A stretch of 33,704 bases of DNA, taken from Cytophagales bacterium. Its GTDB lineage: Bacteria > Bacteroidota > Bacteroidia > Cytophagales > UBA9547. The notes under the pieces are model-generated. The model was given only the letters and a program-made list of their open reading frames with translations, had not been told where the DNA came from and did no database searches. Shown here in pieces: positions 27,418 through 33,704 of this stretch (the stretch's first letter is position 1; each line of letters begins with the position of its first letter). Location of the stretch: the NCBI GenBank assembly GCA_044357485.1, contig JBIKPL010000002.1, positions 1 to 33,704 on the forward strand, given 5' to 3'. The position numbers and the translations under genes are program-made.

Positions 27418-27506
27418 TTGTACCTTGTACTCTGTACCTTGTACTCTGTACCTTGTACTCTGTACCTTGTACCTTGTACCCTGTCCTACTACTTAACACT
27501 TAACAC
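27418..27506 (+). repeat. Tandem heptanucleotide array ending exactly at the murQ ATG
   Basis: In phase: TTGTACC TTGTACT CTGTACC TTGTACT CTGTACC TTGTACT CTGTACC TTGTACC TTGTACC CTGTCCT ACTACTT AACACTT AACAC, then the ATG at 27507. Confidence 0.9.
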
Positions 27507-28322
27507 ATGAATACCACCGAATCTTCCTCCTCTTATAAAAATTTGGAGCAAATGAGTACTGTTGATTTACTACATAATATTAATAAAGAGGATCAATCTG
27601 TGCCTAAAGCTGTGGAGAAGGTAATTCCTGCCATTGAAAAAGTAGTGGATGAAGTGGCTAAAAGACTTGCCAATGGAGGCAGGTTATTTTATATCGGCGC
27701 AGGTACCAGTGGCAGGTTAGGGGTAGTCGATGCCTCTGAATGTCCTCCTACTTTTGGGGTACCTCACGATTTGGTAATTGGCATTATCGCTGGTGGAGAT
27801 ACTGCCATTCGAAAAGCAGTTGAGTTTGCTGAAGATGATATTGCCCAAGCGTGGGTAGATTTAGGCGCTAAAAATATTAGTCCAAAAGACGCCCTTATCG
27901 GCATTGCGGCTTCAGGTCGTACCCCTTATGTGTTGGGTGGTATTAATACAGCCAAAGCCAATGGCATTTATACGGCTTGTATTTGTTGTAATGCGGGATC
28001 TGTAATTGGTCAAGCGGTGGATGATGCCATCGAAGTAGTGGTTGGTCCCGAGTTTGTAACTGGTAGTACGCGCATGAAATCAGGCACAGCACAAAAATTA
28101 GTGCTCAATATGATTTCTACGGCCGTAATGATTAAGTTAGGGAAAGTAAAAGGCAACAAAATGGTCGACATGCAATTGAGCAACCTCAAATTGGTTGATC
28201 GTGCCAAACGTATGGTGATGGATGAAATACCGGTTACTTACGAAGAAGCTTCAGAGTTGCTCGAAAAAAATGGAAGCGTAAGAAATGCGGTAGATGCTTG
28301 GCGAAATGATGCAAATAAGTGA
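27507..28322 (+). CDS. murQ: N-acetylmuramic acid 6-phosphate etherase
   Basis: 271-aa SIS-domain protein with [62 protein letters not shown] and GNKMVDMQ. Confidence 0.92.
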   Translation: MNTTESSSSYKNLEQMSTVDLLHNINKEDQSVPKAVEKVIPAIEKVVDEVAKRLANGGRLFYIGAGTSGRLGVVDASECPPTFGVPHDLVIGIIAGGDTAIRKAVEFAEDDIAQAWVDLGAKNISPKDALIGIAASGRTPYVLGGINTAKANGIYTACICCNAGSVIGQAVDDAIEVVVGPEFVTGSTRMKSGTAQKLVLNMISTAVMIKLGKVKGNKMVDMQLSNLKLVDRAKRMVMDEIPVTYEEASELLEKNGSVRNAVDAWRNDANK

Positions 28323-28387
28323 TGAGTGTTGAGTGTTGAGTGTTGAGTAAATTTTACTCAACACTCAACACTTACAACTTAACACTT
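28323..28387 (+). repeat. Inverted heptamer array forming a long hairpin immediately after the murQ stop
   Basis: TGAGTGT x3, TGAGTAA, ATTTTAC, TCAACAC x2, TTACAAC, TTAACAC. Positions 28333-28350 pair perfectly with 28354-28371 (18 bp, 3-nt loop), and the stem can extend to 28330-28374. Confidence 0.85.
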
Positions 28388-28549
28388 ATTTAATTGTTAC
28401 TAAAGTATTAGTATTTCTTCATTTTTTACTAATTTTGACAGTTACTTTAAGCGCTAAAATAGTATTGATACTGTAATCAAGAAAATAAATACTGTCTTCA
28501 TTTGATAAGTTTGTTGCTTTGATTACCCTAAAACTTATACCCCAAGTAC

Positions 28550-31500
28550 ATGAAAAAAGTTTTACAAAAAATTAACCACAGTTCCCTAATTGCCTTTTTA
28601 GTTATTGCTATTTCTTTTTGTTCAATGGATGTATTTGGGCAATGTAGCGCTGTTCCTGTAAAAGAAGCAGTAAGAAATGGTGATTTTGAAGCCGGTTATA
28701 TTGCTAACGATTTTAAATCTGATAATATTTATGCAGGACCTTATATTAAATCAAAATTAGATGTTAACCAATGCCATTATGCTACTGGTGACAAATATTA
28801 TATAAGTGATTTTCAAGAAGTTTATAAATGTGAAGGTGTTACAAAACAAGGAACATCTTTTAGCCCTGATTTAGGTACAGTTGGAAAAGGAGGATCTTCA
28901 GACAAAATTTTATACGTGGATCCCAAAGCGGCTATAGATCCATTATTTTGGGAACAAACGGTTTCAGTTACGCCTGGTCAGTTGTATTACTTCTCGTTTT
29001 GGAACACATTAATTTTAGGTCCTGCCATTAATTATGATGTTTATATTAATGGTGTAAAAATTACATTAAATCCTGGTAATGCTGTTTCTTTTAGCGCTAC
29101 CGTATCTAGGAAAGTATTTGATGCAAATGGTAAAGTTGTTCAATATGTTTCATTAGATCCAAATGGAGATCCATATGTTGATAGTAAAGGAGATCCAATT
29201 ATGTTAGATAAAGTTACCACAACAGCTGTTCCTATAACATGGACGCAATTATACGGTACTTGGAATTCAGGAACAAATACTTCCGTTAAAGTTCAAATTA
29301 AAGGACAAGGTTCCATTCCTCAATCAGGTGCTGATATTGCTTTAGATGATATTTCTTTTAAAAATGATTGTTCAGGAATTGTTGCTCAAAATCCAACGCT
29401 TCCAGATTTAGGCGATGATGTTAATTTTTGTTCCACAAATGGTACATTAATTTTAGATTCAAAATTGGCTGTTGCACCGAATTTAAAATATTATTGGTAT
29501 AAAACTAATACTTCAACAGGCACAGAAACACAGATTGCTGCTGCTACTGCCAATAAATTAAATATAGTAAATGCTGATTTACTTACGCCCGACACTTATG
29601 TGAGGGTTTGTGTTGAAGATAATTTAAAATCTTGTTCCTCGGCTTCCGATCAGATCAAAATCTCCAAATTTTTAACTGCTACTTTAGATAATGAAGTATT
29701 ATGTTCACCACCTATTGCCACATTAAAGCCTGTTGTTGAGCCTTATGATCCTTTGGTTTCTTATACAAAAACTTATACATGGAGTAATACGGCAGGTGAA
29801 GTAGTGAGCACAACGGCATCGCAATCTGCATCAAAGGCTGGTAATTATTCTGTGACGGTATCTAATCCAAATGTTCCTGGTTGTGCTGCTACTGCCACTT
29901 CAACGGTTACTTCAAAATTACCAACTGCCCCTACGAATTTAACCTATTGCGAGGATGGTGGTGTGGCTACGAATTTAACCGTAGGTGATGGTAAAAAGTA
30001 CAATTGGTATAAAGATGCTGCTAAAACAGCCTTACTTACTGTAACCAATAATGGTACCGTTACAACTTCTTGGGTGCCTCTTGTTGGAACAACTGGTGAC
30101 CAAACCTTATATATATCTAGTAATGAAACAAGTCCAATAGCAGGCAGTATAGGGCCGGCATCTCCAGGAGCAAGCTATCCTGCAGCAGGAAGTGGTGATG
30201 TAATTACCTTAACAGTAACGCAAGCAGTAGAATTAACTTCCTTTGTGGTTTCTGGTGCTACTTGGGTTGCTGGTTGCTCTGGTGCTGGTTCCACAAATTC
30301 ATCACTATTTACCATTAAAAATGGTGCAACAGTCATCGCTTCTAAATCTGTAACGATAAACTGCGGTAGCGCTACTACCGTTAATTTTGGTGTGTCTTTA
30401 CAACCAGGTACCTATACCCTTAATGCCACCGCTGGTGCATTTTATTTTGGTGCAATGTCAGGTACTTTGTCAAACACTAGCCTAACGATATCAGGAACGA
30501 ATACTGTTTTTGCTAATATTATTACTGCAAGTGCTTCGGCATGTGATCCAATGCCTGTAATTGTTAAAGCGGTGTCTTGTTGCGTTAAACCTGATATCAC
30601 CACACAACCAGCATCAGTTTCGAAATGTGAGGGTGCTTCAACTTCCTTTACGGTTGCAGCGACAGGCGCTACCTTGACTTACCAATGGCAAATTGAATCT
30701 GCTACACCGGGTACGTTTACTGATTTGACGAATACGGGTGTTTATACCAATGTTACAACGGCCACGATGAACATTTCGAATGTTACGGGTTTAACAGGTA
30801 AAAAATACCAGGTAATTGTTAAAACAAACGGTACTTGCCCTGCTACTTCAAGTGCAGCGACTTTAACGGTTAACCCAACCCCAGCTACACCAACCATTAC
30901 CTCTAGTTTAACACCGAATACGTCTTTTGCGTATTGTGCAGGTACGAATATGGCCTTAACAGCAGCAACGACTACACCGGGTACGGCCACATGGTCTTGG
31001 GTAACCAAACAAGGAACGTCTACTACGGCTACCAATACTGCCAACAAAACAAGCATTACCTCTTCAGAGGCAGGTTTATATGAAGTAACGGCAACGATTA
31101 ACAGTTGTGTAAGTGCAAAAGGTTCAGCAACGGTAGCGGTAACGGCATTGCCAGTTGCAACGGTAGCAGCCACACAATCGATATGCTCAGGAGTGCCGAT
31201 GGCAGCGACTACTGTTTCTTTAAATCCTACTACGGCTAAGTTTGATTGGAATACGACGACTACGGCTCCTACAGGTGCTGCTACAGGAGCGAGCCCAACG
31301 TCAGGTACGGCAGTAGCCCATCTTACGGATTTGGCACAAAGCACTTTACAGGTTCCTAATGGTACAGGTTCTGGTACCTATACGTTTACGATTACGCCAA
31401 AAGACGGCGCTTGTACAGGTACAGCCGTAACACATGTGGTGACCGTGAAAGCCAAACCAGCCAAACCAGTACCTACCAACGATGGCCCCTATTGCGAGAC

Positions 31501-33703
31501 TAAAAATATTACTTTAAAAGCTAATGTTGCCCCTGCTTTAGCCGCAAGCTGGAACTGGACTTTTGGCAGTTCTTTAACTTCTATTAGTGCACTACAAGAC
31601 CCAACACCATTTGCCGCTACTTCAGCCAGCAGTGGTTATTACCATGTATCTGTTACCAATACCAATGGTTGTGTAAGTGATACAGGCACCACGAAAGTAG
31701 TGGTGAATACGGTACCAGGCTTGCCATCGGTAGCTATCTTTAATTTTTGTGAAGATACGCTTACTGCGCCAAGCTTATCGGCTACGGTAACGCCATCTTC
31801 AGGATATACCTTAACTTGGTATGGCCAAAATGCTACAGGTGGAACCGGGAGTACAACCGCTTCCGTAGTTGATGTGACGACAGCAGGTCAGTTTACGTAT
31901 TATGTGACCCAAAAATCGGCTACTTGTGAAAGTGCACGTGCACCTATTACCGTAAACATTAAAGCCAGACCAGTTTTTACAGCCACAGGTTCTCCTGCAT
32001 GCAAAGGCACATTGGGCACCATTAATTTTAACACCACAGGTGGCGGAGGTACTTATACGTATTCTTGGACAGCAACTGCCAATCCTGCCATATCATCGGG
32101 AGTGGTTAATTCTACCGGCTACCAATCGGTAACAGCAATTACCCAAACGCTAGACTTGGTAGACCAATCTAATACGGCAGTGCTTACCAAACAAGTGTAT
32201 ACGGTTATGGTACACGATGCAAATGGTTGTACGGCAAAAGATACGGCTAATATCGTGGTAAACCCTTGTCCTTATAACCCAGATTTTAGTTTATCAAAAG
32301 ATACGGCTTGTCTAAAAGCCAATGCCGCTACAGTAACGATTACCCCCAAAGCAATAGGCGCCACAAGCTGGACTTGGGATTTTGGACTAGCCTCAGATTA
32401 TACGACTACACAAGCTTTAACAGACGATGGCACCAATGGTACAGCGATGAATGCGAATAGTATTCCGGCACCAACACCATTTGATGTGGTCTATAAAACG
32501 GCAGGTATTAAGAAAATTACGCTCTCCGTAAAAGGCCCTGGTTCGATTACACCTATTACCAAAGACGTGTTTTTTACCGTTGGTGCAGTGCCAGTGGTAA
32601 CGGTAACAGGCAATAGCCCTATTTGTAGCAATACTAAAACGGCGATTTCCCTTAGCTCCGATATTACAGGTGCTACTTTTGCTTGGGTAAGCCCTATCGC
32701 TACCCCAACGGCAGGAGATGTTACAGGAGCATCTGCAAGTACAGGTACCCCAACAACGATTGCACAAACCTTACAAAATACGACATCAGGCTCAATACCT
32801 GCTAACCTTACCTATAAAGTAATTGCTACCAGCCCTTCCCCTAACTTTTGTAAAAGTGCTGGCACAGATGTAGTGGTAAAAGTGAACCCAATTCCAGTAT
32901 TGAGCGCTACCAATGGTGGCCCTTTATGTGATAAAAAAACAGCACAAGATGCCATAACAGCAATTGCGACGACCGTGTCAGGAAGTGCCATTACATGGAC
33001 TTCAACTTCAAGTATTGCCACAGGCGCAGCAGGAGCAGGAACGGTAGGGGCTTCAGGTATCATCAACGAAGCATTACATACCACCAATGTGCAAGGCAAA
33101 GTGAGCTATACCTTGATTGCTACTTCTACCGATAATTGTAAAGACACTTTAGGCCCTATTGATGTGCTTGTAAATGCTACCCCAAAAGTAACACCAACCG
33201 ATGATAGCATTGGGGTGTGTAGCGGTACAGCGATTTCAGGATTGACCTTGGCTTCTAGCGTTAGCGGTGCCACTATCAACTGGACAGCTGCGTTGACAAG
33301 TGGTACGGTTACCGGATTTTCTCCTGGCCTACAAACAAGCGCAAGCATTACCGATAATTTAGCAAGCTCAGGTGTGGTTACCTATACCATTAACGCGACC
33401 AATACCAATGGTAGTTGTACCGGTCCTGATACTACCGTGGTAGTGAGCGTAAGCCCTCGTCCAGTACTTACGCTTGGAAGTGATGTTACGATTTGTAGCA
33501 GCACAGGCCCAGGCATTGCCATTAGCAGTGATATTTTAACCACCTTAAGCTGGACGGTGAAATCGTCTACCGGAGGTGTTACCCAAATTGCAGGTGCAAG
33601 CAGCAGTGTGCCACTAGCAGGAGGCACATCGGCCAATACCAACGCTACAACCATCAATACGAAATTGGTCACCAAAGACAAAGCCGTAGCCGATGGAGGT
33701 ACC
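28550..33703 (+). CDS. Giant cell-surface repeat protein (signal peptide, beta-sandwich N-domain, many Ig-like / PKD-like modules); C-terminus lies beyond the window
   Basis: The frame is open from the ATG at 28550 to the window end (1718 codons). It is absent from the track because it has no stop. Signal peptide: MKKVLQKINHSSLIAFLVIAISFCSMDVFGQ. It contains CHU_C-associated-type Ig modules (C..G....Y.WY), one classical PKD module (WTWDFG...YKTAGIKKITLSV) and PKD-like modules (ICS......ISLSS...GATF.W). Confidence 0.85.
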   Translation, partial: MKKVLQKINHSSLIAFLVIAISFCSMDVFGQCSAVPVKEAVRNGDFEAGYIANDFKSDNIYAGPYIKSKLDVNQCHYATGDKYYISDFQEVYKCEGVTKQGTSFSPDLGTVGKGGSSDKILYVDPKAAIDPLFWEQTVSVTPGQLYYFSFWNTLILGPAINYDVYINGVKITLNPGNAVSFSATVSRKVFDANGKVVQYVSLDPNGDPYVDSKGDPIMLDKVTTTAVPITWTQLYGTWNSGTNTSVKVQIKGQGSIPQSGADIALDDISFKNDCSGIVAQNPTLPDLGDDVNFCSTNGTLILDSKLAVAPNLKYYWYKTNTSTGTETQIAAATANKLNIVNADLLTPDTYVRVCVEDNLKSCSSASDQIKISKFLTATLDNEVLCSPPIATLKPVVEPYDPLVSYTKTYTWSNTAGEVVSTTASQSASKAGNYSVTVSNPNVPGCAATATSTVTSKLPTAPTNLTYCEDGGVATNLTVGDGKKYNWYKDAAKTALLTVTNNGTVTTSWVPLVGTTGDQTLYISSNETSPIAGSIGPASPGASYPAAGSGDVITLTVTQAVELTSFVVSGATWVAGCSGAGSTNSSLFTIKNGATVIASKSVTINCGSATTVNFGVSLQPGTYTLNATAGAFYFGAMSGTLSNTSLTISGTNTVFANIITASASACDPMPVIVKAVSCCVKPDITTQPASVSKCEGASTSFTVAATGATLTYQWQIESATPGTFTDLTNTGVYTNVTTATMNISNVTGLTGKKYQVIVKTNGTCPATSSAATLTVNPTPATPTITSSLTPNTSFAYCAGTNMALTAATTTPGTATWSWVTKQGTSTTATNTANKTSITSSEAGLYEVTATINSCVSAKGSATVAVTALPVATVAATQSICSGVPMAATTVSLNPTTAKFDWNTTTTAPTGAATGASPTSGTAVAHLTDLAQSTLQVPNGTGSGTYTFTITPKDGACTGTAVTHVVTVKAKPAKPVPTNDGPYCETKNITLKANVAPALAASWNWTFGSSLTSISALQDPTPFAATSASSGYYHVSVTNTNGCVSDTGTTKVVVNTVPGLPSVAIFNFCEDTLTAPSLSATVTPSSGYTLTWYGQNATGGTGSTTASVVDVTTAGQFTYYVTQKSATCESARAPITVNIKARPVFTATGSPACKGTLGTINFNTTGGGGTYTYSWTATANPAISSGVVNSTGYQSVTAITQTLDLVDQSNTAVLTKQVYTVMVHDANGCTAKDTANIVVNPCPYNPDFSLSKDTACLKANAATVTITPKAIGATSWTWDFGLASDYTTTQALTDDGTNGTAMNANSIPAPTPFDVVYKTAGIKKITLSVKGPGSITPITKDVFFTVGAVPVVTVTGNSPICSNTKTAISLSSDITGATFAWVSPIATPTAGDVTGASASTGTPTTIAQTLQNTTSGSIPANLTYKVIATSPSPNFCKSAGTDVVVKVNPIPVLSATNGGPLCDKKTAQDAITAIATTVSGSAITWTSTSSIATGAAGAGTVGASGIINEALHTTNVQGKVSYTLIATSTDNCKDTLGPIDVLVNATPKVTPTDDSIGVCSGTAISGLTLASSVSGATINWTAALTSGTVTGFSPGLQTSASITDNLASSGVVTYTINATNTNGSCTGPDTTVVVSVSPRPVLTLGSDVTICSSTGPGIAISSDILTTLSWTVKSSTGGVTQIAGASSSVPLAGGTSANTNATTINTKLVTKDKAVADGGT

Positions 33704-33704
33704 G

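Noticed and set aside
27418-28387. The heptamer arrays as a CRISPR array, or murQ as a mobile cassette bounded by the arrays
   Set aside because: The repeat units are 7 nt with no spacers, so this is not CRISPR. No integrase, transposase or target-site duplication is visible, so mobility of murQ is unsupported. The arrays are reported only as repeats.
30742-33681. Five minus-strand ORFs (30742-31344, 32417-32767, 32812-33099, 33106-33348, 33382-33681)
   Set aside because: All are antisense to the long open plus-strand adhesin frame. Their Val/Ala/Pro-rich translations are what reverse-complemented Thr/Ala/Gly codons would give.

Overview
Low-GC chromosomal segment with Bacteroidota-type content and synteny: panC/panD divergent from a half-size GlgA-like gene plus a DUF4270-like lipoprotein, bshA, and a giant Ig/PKD-repeat surface protein. 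By eye I found no rRNA, tRNA, CRISPR array, transposase or integrase. Two large genes are missing from the ORF track because they run off the window: mutL (1-1098, minus) and a surface protein of more than 1717 aa (28550-33703, plus). Housekeeping genes: mutL, an LPG-synthase-TM-like membrane protein, panD, panC, ridA, rlmH, feoAB, bshA, an Nfu/NifU-type protein, kynU, a YfhO-family membrane protein, an aldose epimerase, an AlkD-like repair protein, an RluE/RsuA-type pseudouridine synthase, an AsmA-like protein and murQ. The best candidate for an uncharacterised system is a tightly packed minus-strand operon (19513-24621). It encodes a YfiR/DUF4154-like protein, a TPR protein, a SiaA-like HAMP-PP2C phosphatase, a SiaB-like kinase, a SiaC-like DUF1987 protein, and finally a 184-aa coiled-coil two-TM protein. 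This is a Sia-type partner switch with a Yfi-like periplasmic front end and no diguanylate cyclase or other recognisable enzymatic output. Other non-coding structure: a dispersed family of heptanucleotide arrays (GTAC-core and AACAC-core) that abut the start or stop codons of murQ, bshA and the Nfu gene. There is also a second repeat family (GGCGT..CCCTTTGGGTCRGGCTAT ... CTATCC..ACGC) in inverted copies bracketing ridA-rlmH. All functional calls come from reading the translations. No database search was run.
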